The notes below the pieces were generated by a model, which was not told where the DNA came from, searched no databases, and saw only the letters and a list, made by a program, of their open reading frames with translations. 64,000 nucleotides of DNA, taken from contig CAVZRV010000010.1 in NCBI GenBank assembly GCA_963777605.1, positions 384,001 to 448,000 of the forward strand, written 5' to 3'. Shown in pieces: positions 12,238 to 22,182 of the stretch (its first letter is position 1; each line of letters starts with the position of its first letter). The DNA comes from an uncultured Acidobacteriota bacterium. GTDB lineage: Bacteria > Acidobacteriota > UBA6911 > RPQK01 > JAPXNP01. The translations under genes and the position numbers were made by a program.

Positions 12238-12615
12238 ATGAACAAGAAGAAGAAACCCTTCGACCTCCGCCAGCGAACCTTCGAATTCTCCGCGGCGGCA
12301 CTCGAGCTGTGCCGTTCCCTCCCCACCGGAAACGAAATCGGCAACATCCGCCGCCAGTTCTCCCGCGCGGCCACTTCGGTCGGTGCCAACTACCGCGCCG
12401 CCCTCCGTTCCAAGTCCAGCCGGGATTTCATCTCCAAGCTCGGCTCCGTCGAAGAAGAAGCCGACGAGTGCATCTTCTGGCTGGACCTCCTGAAGGTGAG
12501 CGATTCTGAACATGACCCAGCGATAGAGGACTTACGAGCAGAGGCCAACGAACTCCTCGCCATCACGGTGGCCTCCCGAAAAACAGCACGAGCCAAGTTG
12601 CGAAGTGGGAATTGA
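12238..12615 (+). CDS. Four-helix bundle protein (23S rRNA IVP / bAvd-like fold family)
   Basis: DLRQRTFEFS...RQFSRAATSVGANYRAA...FISKLGSVEEEADECIFWLDLL...EANELLAI signature. Confidence 0.92.
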   Translation: MNKKKKPFDLRQRTFEFSAAALELCRSLPTGNEIGNIRRQFSRAATSVGANYRAALRSKSSRDFISKLGSVEEEADECIFWLDLLKVSDSEHDPAIEDLRAEANELLAITVASRKTARAKLRSGN

Positions 12616-12639
12616 ACGTAAAGAGTTTGGGCTCGCGGC

Positions 12640-12790
12640 TTGGCGGCGCCAGTTCGCACTTCGCACTTCGGTTTCGTCCTTCGCCTTCAAACTTCAAGTT
12701 TCGAATTCAACTTTTCCCATTCACCGTTCGAATGGAAACTTCGAATTCCGAATTTCCCCATTCGCCCCTTCCCACGCGAACTGCAAACTC
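12640..12790. repeat. Heptamer-built repeat element, copy B
   Basis: 12652-12695 matches 12059-12102 at 43/44 positions. Confidence 0.85.
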
Positions 12791-12869
12791 TACACGTCCA
12801 GCCCCCTCCAACTTCGCGTTTTTCTCGATTCAAATGTCATTGAGGAAATGCGCGAACCATCGGCACGCG

Positions 12870-13195
12870 TGAGCCCGCTTGCGGGCGGAATGGAGTAGCC
12901 CCGGATGGAGCCGAAGGCGGAGTCCGGGGACAAGGATGAGCGAGATTCTCGAGTCCCGCGCCGGCGGCGGGACGACATGATCCGAGTTGTGCGGCGACTT
13001 CCCGGGGACGCCTTTCCCGTCGAAGGAGTGAAGCGCAGCACCACTATTGGAAATCGGGGAGCCATTTCGTTACAGGAACCCAAAGGGCTGCAACAAAAGC
13101 ACGAACCGTCTATCGTGCCCCGGCAGGGCGTCGGATCGTTCCGCGCTCGGCTTGACCGTGGGCTGGAATTGTCGTGCCCTTTGCAGGGCACCGCT
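12870..13195. repeat. Cluster of REP-like GC palindromes
   Basis: gcccgcttgcgggc; cccgga...tccggg; gtcccgc...gcgggac; two tcgtgccc...agggc hairpins. Confidence 0.55.
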
Positions 13196-13208
13196 TCCAC
13201 GAGCCTGG

Positions 13209-14009
13209 TTACCGATCGACTGCCACCTCAACAGGCTCACCGGAGTTCTGCTCTGAGACAAGGACTACTTCAGGAGATTTCCATTCGATCTCCCATACCT
13301 CCCTCGGTCCAGTTGGCCGACGAGCGCCTTCCAGTTGAAATTTCGACGGCACAACATCGGTTAGCCCAGGCAATTCGAGTTGCAGAACCGTGACCCAGCT
13401 CGACCCATCGTCATCCAACTCAACAAATGCCAACCTGGCGATCTCGTCATCGGCTTCCGCAGGACTCCATGCCAGGTTCGAAAGGATGTGGGGACGGACT
13501 TCTCCGTCCTCAATTCGTCTTCCTTTTGAATCACCGAAAAGAGGATACAGACTGGGCGGATCTCTCCCGTCGAGGAAGAGGATCTTCACCCGATCATAAT
13601 CCAGGGATTTCGGCCGTGGGCCATACAACGGGGTTTGGTACGGCTTGCACGCGATGACACTCCTATCGGGGGATACCGAAAATCGACTACCGAATATGGG
13701 GCCGACTGGGGCTGAACCGTCAAGCTTAATCAACCAGCTGAATTGGGCCTGAATGAGAATTGCATCGTCTGTGATCCAGAACGCTTTCTTGAGCAGCTTT
13801 CCGGCCTGCAGAGTCTGCTCGGTGAGGGTCGTGCCCGTAGCCAAATCAACCACTTCGAATGCAGCCGATCCCATGGGGCCTTTATATGGATGAAAGCTTA
13901 TGCATCGTAATTCCCTGGCATCGTCAGGCCCCCGAAATCGAAAATCTGGACAAGTGACCAGAGACTGGGAGGCAAACATTACGACGAGAATCGGCAGAGC
14001 AGCCATCAC
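13209..14009 (-). CDS. Hypothetical exported protein
   Basis: 266-aa ORF with hydrophobic N-terminus; no recognised family. Confidence 0.6.
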   Translation of the reverse strand: MMAALPILVVMFASQSLVTCPDFRFRGPDDARELRCISFHPYKGPMGSAAFEVVDLATGTTLTEQTLQAGKLLKKAFWITDDAILIQAQFSWLIKLDGSAPVGPIFGSRFSVSPDRSVIACKPYQTPLYGPRPKSLDYDRVKILFLDGRDPPSLYPLFGDSKGRRIEDGEVRPHILSNLAWSPAEADDEIARLAFVELDDDGSSWVTVLQLELPGLTDVVPSKFQLEGARRPTGPREVWEIEWKSPEVVLVSEQNSGEPVEVAVDR

Positions 14010-14035
14010 AAAGTACTCGGCATCTTAAGCAACAG

Positions 14036-14077
14036 TTACAACGAGCGCATCTTCTTTACGTCCTCAGGCGGCTTCAT
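14036..14077 (-). pseudogene. Probable stub of HEPN toxin gene
   Basis: ATG overlapping the MNT 3' end gives MKPPEDVKKMRSL-stop; position and overlap typical of MNT-HEPN pairs. Confidence 0.45.
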
Positions 14078-14396
14078 AGATTACTCTGCCGTACTTGTTG
14101 GCCGGGTAGGCAATTCCCCCAATGACGTTCTTTGTTTCTTCAAAACGGTCGGTCCGCATCACGACGATGTCGACAGGGATCCCAAGCCCCGCAAGACTTG
14201 CTCTCAGCCTGCGTCCCTCCTCGCGAGAATTGCGGACATCGGGAACCAGGACCAGGAGATCAATATCACTGTCCCGTGTCATCGATCCCGAGGCTGCAGA
14301 ACCGAAGAGGATCACGCAATCGGGTTGCGCGCTGCCGGTGATGCGTCTGACGATCTCTTCAATCAACTCATTGTCAATCTCGGTCATGGCATCCAT
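14064..14396 (-). CDS. Minimal nucleotidyltransferase (MNT antitoxin family)
   Basis: LFGSAASG...DSDIDLLV...PVDIVV pol-beta NTase motif, 110 aa. Confidence 0.9.
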   Translation of the reverse strand: MDAMTEIDNELIEEIVRRITGSAQPDCVILFGSAASGSMTRDSDIDLLVLVPDVRNSREEGRRLRASLAGLGIPVDIVVMRTDRFEETKNVIGGIAYPANKYGRVIYEAA

Positions 14397-14489
14397 CCCT
14401 TACAATACCCACAATCGCCGCCCGCTCCGCAAACGGGTTTCCCTACATTATCCATGCGCCGATGCCGCTTGGCGACCATCGCGACCCGG

Positions 14490-14511
14490 CTTGAACAATT
14501 CTTGAACAATT
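14490..14511. repeat. Perfect 11-bp tandem duplication (integrase arm site or SOS box)
   Basis: CTTGAACAATT x2, about 85 bp before the att-like tRNA fragment; contains GAAC-N7-GAAC. Confidence 0.6.
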
Positions 14512-14593
14512 TCGCGCCGAATACCCCGTAACACCATGATGCGACCCGAACAGGAGGCACCTAGAGACAACAGGATGCTATGCCTGCATCATA

Positions 14594-14656
14594 CTGTTAA
14601 CCGGAGGGTTGTAGGTTCGAGCCAGTTCAAATTTCGAAGTGCAAAATGCGAAGTAC
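14594..14656 (+). mobile_element. att-like duplicate of tRNA-Asn 3' half plus trailer
   Basis: 28-bp identity to 11937-11964 starting at the anticodon loop, then a 14-bp deletion, then near-identity to CCA and the trailer. Confidence 0.85.
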
Positions 14657-14924
14657 CAAGAAGAAGAAATTGAGCGTGGAAAACCTCGACTTCTCGCGCT
14701 GCGTCAGTCCTTCGTCAGCCATGACACGCTTGCGACGACCGGTCTCTGTGAAAAGGACTGCGTAATGCGCAAGAGGACTTCGTACCTGATTTGTGGTGAC
14801 TGACGTGCGAGGTCAGCCATGGCCGCGTCAAAATCGTCGTGCGCCAACTCCACCTGCAAAGCTTTCCCAAGCTCGGCGGCAACCTGGTGTCGCGCCTGCT
14901 CTTCGGAGCCTGCGCCGACTCTGC

Positions 14925-15400
14925 CCTGGTCCAGAGAGTTGACGTAGTTAAGCATTCCTCTCAGCTTCGTGATCTGATCCGTATCCAATCGGTTAGTCAC
15001 GAAACGGTGCACCCATGCTCTAATCCTGCGCTTCTCGTTGCGACCCAAGGACACCCTCTGATCATTGGTCAGTACGAGCCCCGTAACGCGACGGGAGTCC
15101 CTCTTAGAGACTCTACGGATTAATGGCAAGGGATGGACTTCTCAAGTACTTACAGAGCCGGATGACAGCCTTCTCCACGACTTTCAACTGTTCGCTTCTC
15201 TGAGCGGAGAAACTGAGATCGTCTGCGTAGCGCGTGTCCTCCACTTCGTTAACCGAACACAAATCTGAGACCCGTGGATCGAAATCGAACATTAGAATAT
15301 TCGAAACCATCAGAGACGTGGGCGCACCAATCGAAAGGCTGAAGTCTTGGGTACCTTTCGGTTTCCAAAAGAGAATTCGACAGACAGCGTCTATGGTATA
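14925..15400 (-). pseudogene. Retron-type reverse transcriptase remnant (St85-like), truncated and frameshifted
   Basis: LSIGAPTS..SN, TRYADDLSFS, then after a frameshift near 15115 the retron VTG motif (RRVTGLVLTN..VSLGR..KR.IRA.VH). Confidence 0.85.
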
Positions 15401-15498
15401 TCTATGCCGGATCAAGGGACCAGTACGATGCCGGTGCTTGAACCCCGGCGCCGGACGGCTTAGGATCGTTGTCAGCCAGCAGCACCGAGGAGCCAAGA

Positions 15499-16596
15499 AT
15501 GAGACGCTTTACAGTTCTTCCTGCATTCCTGTCGGCCGCGTTCTTCTTTGCGGCTCTGTCCGCCCAGTCGAGCCCATTCGTGCGCGGGATTTACGGAGGC
15601 TCGCCGGTAGACCCGAGCCAAGACGAAAGGCTTGAGGACTATGGGGTCAACGCCCTCTTCATAGGTTCCGGCGGCATTACCACCGATCTCGTGGCCCTGA
15701 TCCGGCAGCAGGGAGGGCAGATCTTTGCCGAATTCAACACCATGCACTACGCGAAGTACCTCGAGCAGCATCCGGATGCGGCGCCAATCGGGACGGACGG
15801 CCTGGTGGCGCCGGCACCTGCCGGATGGCAGGGGGTCTGTCCTACGAACGCCGGATACCGCCACAATCGAATGCAAGCATTTCGAACCCTGGTCACCGAC
15901 TTCGACATCGACGGGGTCTGGCTCGATTACCACCATGCACATGCCAGCTGGGAGCGGCCTGATCCGATTTTGCCGGACACCTGTTTTTGCAGCGATTGTC
16001 TCGAGGCTTTCGCGGAAGCCACCGGATTGAGCGTCCCGACGGAGTCTTCCCGGCAAGCGGCCGATCTGATTCTGCGACGGCACCGCGAGGCCTGGATCGA
16101 TTGGCGATGTGACGTTTTCACCGACTGGGTGCGTGAGTTCAAAGAAATCCTCAGTGAAGTACGGCCCGGTGCCCTGCTTGGAACCTTCCATGCGCCCTGG
16201 AGCGACAACGACTTCGACGGTGCGCGAATCTCGAAACTGGCGATTGACCTGAGGTCTCAGGCCCGCTACATCGACGTCTTCAGCCCCATGCCCTACCACG
16301 CCCGCTTCGGGCACGCGACAGATCTTGACTGGATCTCGCACCAGATCGCATGGCTGGGTGAGTATCTCGGTCTCACAGGAAGCGCTCAAGAACGGATCCG
16401 GATCTGGCCGATCGTCCAGCTGTCCGACTGGGGACAGCCCGTCCCGGCCAGCCAGGTTCTCGAGGTTCTCAAGCATGGATCCCAGGCTCCGGCGACCGGC
16501 CTGATCGTCTTCGCCTGGGGTTCACTTCGGAAGCAGCCGGAAAAGGTAGAACTAGTGAGACAATTCTACCGCGATCTGGCCCAACGACAAGATTGA
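15499..16596 (+). CDS. Secreted glycoside-hydrolase-like TIM barrel (GHL10/DUF187-like)
   Basis: Signal peptide, GAGGAG RBS, IDGVWLDY, CFCxxC, DVFSPMPY motifs. Confidence 0.65.
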   Translation: MRRFTVLPAFLSAAFFFAALSAQSSPFVRGIYGGSPVDPSQDERLEDYGVNALFIGSGGITTDLVALIRQQGGQIFAEFNTMHYAKYLEQHPDAAPIGTDGLVAPAPAGWQGVCPTNAGYRHNRMQAFRTLVTDFDIDGVWLDYHHAHASWERPDPILPDTCFCSDCLEAFAEATGLSVPTESSRQAADLILRRHREAWIDWRCDVFTDWVREFKEILSEVRPGALLGTFHAPWSDNDFDGARISKLAIDLRSQARYIDVFSPMPYHARFGHATDLDWISHQIAWLGEYLGLTGSAQERIRIWPIVQLSDWGQPVPASQVLEVLKHGSQAPATGLIVFAWGSLRKQPEKVELVRQFYRDLAQRQD

Positions 16597-16612
16597 GGAG
16601 ACCACGTTTGTT

Positions 16613-17608
16613 TCAATTGATTATGGTCGTCGTCTCCAGCACAACACCATCCGGTCCGACTCTGAAAATTTCGTAGACGTCCCCGTCCCAGCCGAGGCCT
16701 ACGGCGACCGCGAAGTCCTGGCCGTCCAAAGAGAAGAGTGCGATAGGTCTAATGCTCTGGACGCTCTTATAGTCGCAGTCACTCAAGTCGGCTCTGGGGT
16801 CGAGAATAGACAATTTTCCATGGGTACTCTCGAGAAACCAAGTAGAGAAGTGAGTGACGGAGTTACAGCCGGCATCGTGGAAAGTCTCGGGCTTGGGGTA
16901 TTCCTTAACCGCCTCCAGTCGGTAAATTTCCCCACTGGCCCCCAGAGAACCCCGCCAGAGTTCGATACCTTCAAATGGTGACCCTTGTCGTGCCTGTTCT
17001 TCGATCGGATGTCCCTCAAATCGCAGGCGCCCTTCAATCGGATTGAACTTGGAGAGGAAGAAGGCGATGGACTCCGCTTCCAACTCTTCCCACTTCGCTC
17101 TGACTTCTGAAAGAAGATCTTTGGCTTGCTCAGAACCGGGGTCGATCCTTTCGAAGGGCCGTTCGAAAAGGGGAAGATTGCTGACCAGGCCGAGCTTCGG
17201 ATCAGGACAGCACTGATAGCATTTCGGCTCCGTCAGCGGCAACTCGGTCGAAATCGCCCAATTCTTATTGCAGTGGGTATCGAGCCAGACCACCTCTGAT
17301 ACGGCAATTTCCCTCTGTTCCCCTCCAAAGGGTAGGAACCACCAGCGCGCAGGCAATCGTCCGGCATCTCCCAACTCCTCAATCAGCAACTGCCGCACTT
17401 CCTGAGGCCCATCCTCTGGGCCCACGTCATAGGTTTCGCGCCATCCGTTCGTCCAGACTCCCGAGTGGTAGAAGGCGAAAGGAATGACCGGGCCTTCAGA
17501 TACCCCGAGAAGCACCGCTTCGCGATCGGAATCCCTAACGGGCTGACCGATGAGACCGGATGTTGTTGCAACTAGCCCGAGAAGAACTATCATCCTTTGG
17601 CTGGACAT
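16613..17608 (-). CDS. Hypothetical exported protein, Cys-rich patches
   Basis: 331-aa ORF with signal-like N-terminus and AGGGAGG RBS. Confidence 0.65.
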   Translation of the reverse strand: MSSQRMIVLLGLVATTSGLIGQPVRDSDREAVLLGVSEGPVIPFAFYHSGVWTNGWRETYDVGPEDGPQEVRQLLIEELGDAGRLPARWWFLPFGGEQREIAVSEVVWLDTHCNKNWAISTELPLTEPKCYQCCPDPKLGLVSNLPLFERPFERIDPGSEQAKDLLSEVRAKWEELEAESIAFFLSKFNPIEGRLRFEGHPIEEQARQGSPFEGIELWRGSLGASGEIYRLEAVKEYPKPETFHDAGCNSVTHFSTWFLESTHGKLSILDPRADLSDCDYKSVQSIRPIALFSLDGQDFAVAVGLGWDGDVYEIFRVGPDGVVLETTTIIN

Positions 17609-17713
17609 TGGCCGCCTCCCTTTGTCCCCGAACTTTCGACCAACCCATTCTCCTTCCTGCCCGTTGAAGTCTCAAGGGTCTTGGACTCCGCACGTCTCTC
17701 CGCTCTGTGTCGC

Positions 17714-17832
17714 TCGAAGTGCGAGTTTGGCGGCGCATGCAAGTTCGCATTTCTCACTTTCGGTTTCGTCCTTCGCCTTCAAACTTCGAATTTCCAACCT
17801 GCCCATTCGCCCTTTCCCACTCGCACTGCAAC
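17714..17832. repeat. Heptamer-built repeat element, solo copy C
   Basis: cggtttcgtccttcgccttcaaacttc identical to copy B, plus a shared cccattcgccc-ttcccac tail. Confidence 0.85.
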
Positions 17833-17890
17833 CGGTCAAACCGGGGGTAGTCGGCTGACGGCGTGGTCGCCTGCCGGGACCGGGGACAAT

Positions 17891-17968
17891 GGAAGCTGTC
17901 GCTTCCTGCCGGAGGAGGTGGAATACCGGGTTGGGCAAAAGCGGAAGCTGTCGCTTCGCGCACTCCAC
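17891..17968. repeat. Direct repeat of a small hairpin, REP-like
   Basis: GGAAGCTGTCGCTTC at 17891 and 17943. Confidence 0.55.
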
Positions 17969-18065
17969 GTGGGGGACACCGCTGAACTCTTGTCGTGCCC
18001 GGTCGGCTCCAGGTTTGACTCGATACCCCGTGACAAAGAGGTCCTGTTCGGGAGAGGATTATTCG

Positions 18066-20024
18066 ATGCGTAGACCAGATAATCACCTTCCTACTCATCC
18101 TGTCTTCAATTTTCGGGATCGGCGAAGTCCGTTCCCAGGTTTCCAGTCTGCCGAGTGAGAGGCCTGAACAGCTGGAACCGACGAACCTCGGCTTCGACTA
18201 TGTCAGGCGGGAGGTGATGATTCCGATGCGTGACGGTGTCAGACTGCACACCGTCATCCTCATTCCAAAGGGCGCAAGGCACCGGCCGATCCTGCTGACG
18301 CGAACGCCCTACAGCGCGACTGAGTTGACCAGCCACGCGGCGAGCTCTCACCTCGGTCCGATCCTCCAGGGCTATGACAATGCCACTGACGTGATCGTCG
18401 AGGGCGGATACATCCGCGTCGTACAGGACATCCGCGGCAAATACGGCTCCGAAGGCGACTACGTGATGAACCGACCTCTTCGGGGGCCGCTGAACCCGAC
18501 GCCGGTCGATCACGCCACTGACACCTACGACACCATCGACTGGCTGGTGAAGAATCGTTCCTGAATCGAATGGCAAGGTGGGCATCCTGGGCATTTCTTA
18601 CGACGGATTCCTGGCTTTGATGGCCATGGTCAATCCCCACCCGGCTCTGAAAGTATCCGTGCCAATGAATCCGATGGTCGACGGCTGGAAGGCGACGACT
18701 GGTTTCACAACGGTGCGTTTCGCCAGCAGAACATGCCGTACATCTACGAACAGGTCGCAACACCCGACAACTCAAAGCTGTGGTGGTCGACCCACTTCGA
18801 CGACTACGATACATACCTGGAAGCGGGTTCGGCCGGCGAACTTGGGCGTCAGCGTGGCCTGGAACAAATCGGGTTTTGGCGCAAATTGCTCGAGCATCCT
18901 TCCTACGATGCCTTCTGGCGCGATCAGGCGGTTGACAGGAGCCTCGCCGCCCAGCCGCTGAAAGTGCCGGTGATGCTGGTCCACAGCCTCTGGGACCAGG
19001 AGGATATCTACGGAGCCATTGCCGTCTACAAAGCGATGGAGCCGAAGGATACGGATAACGACAAGGTCTTTCTCGTGCTGGGGCCGTGGGATCATGGGCA
19101 GGAGATTGAAGACGGAAGCTCGCTCGGCGCGTTGAGATTCGCCAGCGACACCGCCTTGACTTTTCGCCGGGAGATCTTGCGCCCGATTCCTCGATCATTT
19201 TCTCAAAGATGACGCGCCGGCGCTGGACGTCGCGCCGGTGACCGCCTTCGAAACCGGAACGAACAGGTGGCGCCAGCTGGCGGACGTGGCCGAGCGGCTG
19301 CCCCGACGGCGGCAGGGTCAAGCCGACTCCGCTCTATCTGGCGGCCGGACTCAAACTGAGTTACGCCGCTCCAACTTCGGTTGATGCCCCATTTGAGGAG
19401 TACATTTCGGATCCGGCCAAACCGGTACCGTTTCGGGCTCGTCCCAATCGCCCCATGGGCTACACCGAAGAACTGACCTGGTGGCGATGGCTGGTTGACG
19501 ATCAGCGGGAAGCATCGGGCCGCACCGACGTCGTTGCCTTCGTATCGGACGTCCTGACCTCGCCGGTCAAGATCAGCGGTGAGCCAATTGCGAACCTGAT
19601 CGCCTCGACCAGCGGAACGGATTCTGACTGGGTCGTAAAAGTGATCGATGTTTACCCGGACGAGGTCGCCGCCCAGCCGGAAATGGGAGGTTACCAGTTG
19701 ATGGTATCAGCCGATATCTTTCGCGGTCGATATCGGGAGAGTCTCGAACGAGCCGCGCCGATCGAAGCAAACAAGCCTTTGCTTTACCGATTCGCGCTGC
19801 CGACTGCGAATCACGTATTTCTTCCGGGCCACCGCCTCATGATCCAGATCCAATCGAGCTGGTTTCCACTCTATGACCGCAATCCCCAGACCTTTGTCCC
19901 CAATATCTTCTGGGCCAAACCCGGCGATTACCGGAAAGCCATCCAGCGGGTCTACCACGCACCCGGCAAAGCGAGCTTCGTCGAACTGCCGGTGGTTTCT
20001 GCACAGTGCGCAGCTGGCCAGTAG
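18066..20024 (+). pseudogene. CocE/NonD family hydrolase (alpha-amino acid ester hydrolase-like), about 4 frameshifts
   Basis: MIPMRDGVRLHT, GISYDG nucleophile motif, DDWFHNG, SSWFPLYDRNPQ; frame breaks near 18075, 18557, 18690, 19186. Confidence 0.85.
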
Positions 20025-20030
20025 ACTGAG

Positions 20031-20839
20031 ATGGCCATTTCAACGTCACTTTCCCAACGGATCTTCGTTGAGGTTTTCGAGTCGCTCCCGAGGCAGGGCC
20101 CGGGCAGCGGCGCCTGTACTGCCAGGGCGTTCTCCCTGTGCAGCCCCCTGCCTACGTCGCCGGTAACACTGGATCTGGGCTGTGGCACCGGAGCGCAGAC
20201 AATTGACCTCGCAGAGCTGACTTCAGGCGGAATCATCGCCATCGACAGTCATGCTTCGAGTGTCGAGCGGTTGAGGGCAGCAGTGTCCGAGCTTGGACTT
20301 TCGCAGCGCATTTGTCCGGTGGTCGGTGACATGGCCAACGCCGGTTTACGGCCTGCGAGCTTTGACCTAGTCTGGTCCGAGGGGGCACTTTATAACCTCG
20401 GCATAGAGAAGGCCTTGCAGATCTGCCCCGGCTCTTACGTACCGGAGGCTACCTCGCCTTCACAGACGCAGTCTGGCGGAAGGACGATCCTCCTCGGGAA
20501 GTGAAGGTCGCCTTCGACTCGGATTACCCAACCATGGGCACGGTTGACGACGTCGTCCGCATCATCGCCGGGTCCAGTTTTTCGATGATCGGACATTTCA
20601 CATTGCCGGATGAAGCCTGGTGGGATGATTTCTACACGCCGATGGAGATACAAATCGAGAAGTTGCGCGGCAAATACGGGGGCAGCAACGAAGCCCTCGC
20701 CGTGCTCGATCAAATCGCGCGAGAGCCGGAGATGCACCGGAGACATGCAGACTGCTATGCCTACGAGTTTTTCGTGGTGCGCCGGATGAACTGTGACTCG
20801 TCGCAGGCGAAGATGAGGGCGTCCATTCCCATAACCTGA
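20031..20839 (+). pseudogene. Class I SAM-dependent methyltransferase, one frameshift near 20428
   Basis: LDLGCGTG, FDLVWSEGA, continues as RLLRTGGYLAFTDAVW in another frame. Confidence 0.8.
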
Positions 20840-21315
20840 CCCGTGGCGGTCCGCGAGAAGCCCAACTTTCGAAGCACTGCCGCTGAGGCCAGGTTTTCCG
20901 GATGAGTGAATGCCATGACTCTGGGCAGGCCAAGCGCACCGAAAGCCACTCGCAGCCATCCCAGCGCCGCCTCCGTAGCCAAACCCTGCCCCCAGTATCT
21001 TCGCGCCAGCCGGAAACCAAGTTCGACACTGTGGAGTTCTTCGAGCAGCATGAGGCCGCAGTCACCGATCGCCGCACTGGATTCCCGGCGCGTCACTACC
21101 CACTTGGAAAATCCATGAGCGGCCTGGTGCTCACGGTATCTCTCGATGCGCCGCCGGGTCTCCTCAATCGAGCGGTCGGGCCCATGCACATTCAGACGCA
21201 TCACCTCGGCGTCGCCAAACCAGCCAAACGCTGCTTCGGCATCACCTTCGGCAAAAGGGCGCAGGTGTAACCGCTCAGTCTGAATCGGTTCGTTCACAAA
21301 AGACCGGCTATCCAT
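20761..21315 (-). CDS. GNAT N-acetyltransferase (RimJ/RimL type)
   Basis: TERLHLRPF, WGQGLATEAA, NLASAAVLRKLGF. Confidence 0.88.
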   Translation of the reverse strand: MDSRSFVNEPIQTERLHLRPFAEGDAEAAFGWFGDAEVMRLNVHGPDRSIEETRRRIERYREHQAAHGFSKWVVTRRESSAAIGDCGLMLLEELHSVELGFRLARRYWGQGLATEAALGWLRVAFGALGLPRVMAFTHPENLASAAVLRKLGFSRTATGQVMGMDALIFACDESQFIRRTTKNS

Positions 21316-21371
21316 GCCGTTTTGTATCAAGCCCCCACCTTTTCCAGGACTGGCCACCCCGTTCATAAGTT

Positions 21372-21440
21372 GGTTTCGCACTTCGCCCTCGAAATCCTCA
21401 GTTCGCTGTTCGAATTGGAGCTTCGAATTCCAATTCAATC
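21372..21440. repeat. Degenerate heptamer repeat copy D
   Basis: tttcgcacttcgccctcg...cttcgaattcc similar to copies A-C. Confidence 0.5.
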
Positions 21441-21453
21441 TCTGGTTCGCGAT

Positions 21454-21762
21454 TCAGGAATTCTCTTCCCGCAGGGTCTTGAGCAGCTTGTAGACCTCGA
21501 CCCGCGGTTCCTCTTCGGCCTGGTAAGTCTCGGCAATCGAGGCTCGCAGTTCCGACGTTCGATAGGCCTCGAGGGACTCCGCGGAATCCCACAGGTACAG
21601 GCCTGCCATCACTCCGGTCTTGACGTCCTCCAGGTAGTATTTCTGCTGCAACCCCGGAAGGGCTTCAAAATCGGGAGCCCTCTCCTCGGCAATGGTCATG
21701 GCCTCCTCGCGTGGGAGCCGCGACTTGAACCGAACCATCAAGACGAGTGCAGGTTTCGCCAT
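21454..21762 (-). CDS. YdhR-family putative monooxygenase
   Basis: PGLQQKYY...AGLYLWDS dimeric alpha-beta barrel pattern, 102 aa. Confidence 0.75.
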   Translation of the reverse strand: MAKPALVLMVRFKSRLPREEAMTIAEERAPDFEALPGLQQKYYLEDVKTGVMAGLYLWDSAESLEAYRTSELRASIAETYQAEEEPRVEVYKLLKTLREENS

Positions 21763-21993
21763 GGTCGATCTCCTCTCTTTTCGCTAAACGATTGTCATTC
21801 CACACCAAGGCCGGTGTTGAAACGTTGTGCGAGAATATTGAGCCTGCGACTCAATTCTAAGTTTGCATATCAGCATACTCCCCTGCCGGGTCATGTGGAA
21901 TACACACAAGATCCGGGGAGGGCGTCCCGTAAGGTCGCACCGCACCCGCACCCCGCGCGGAACATTCAGAAAGTGAAGCTTGCCACGAGTGTT

Positions 21994-22157
21994 TTGAACC
22001 GCCAAGGCGCGAAGAAATCTCTCGTTTTTGACAATAAGGCCCTTAACGACCTTCGCGACTTGCGGTTCAATTCGAGCTCTCCAAAACGAAGTCAGGGCAG
22101 AAATCGCCGGGCAAGCTGCCCGGTTGACATCTCAGGCACGGCTGCCTGGATTACACT
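21994..22157. repeat. Composite intergenic repeat (long hairpin plus GGGCAAGCTGCCC module)
   Basis: Hairpin 21994-22070; cgccgggcaagctgcccgg 22105-22123 identical to 33834-33852. Confidence 0.75.
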
Positions 22158-22182
22158 ACCAGCCCGACCTTCCAACTCAGGC

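Noticed and set aside
14594-14625. Second tRNA-Asn gene
   Set aside because: Lacks the 5' half and the 3' T-stem/acceptor strand, so it cannot fold
12238-15400. Diversity-generating retroelement (Avd-like gene near an RT)
   Set aside because: The RT has retron motifs (VTG) and is broken; no TR/VR pair with adenine-specific mismatches was found; the 44-bp repeats are non-coding and differ by C/T
13209-21762. Integron cassette array
   Set aside because: No integrase, mixed gene orientations, and no convincing RYYYAAC/GTTRRRY attC pairs
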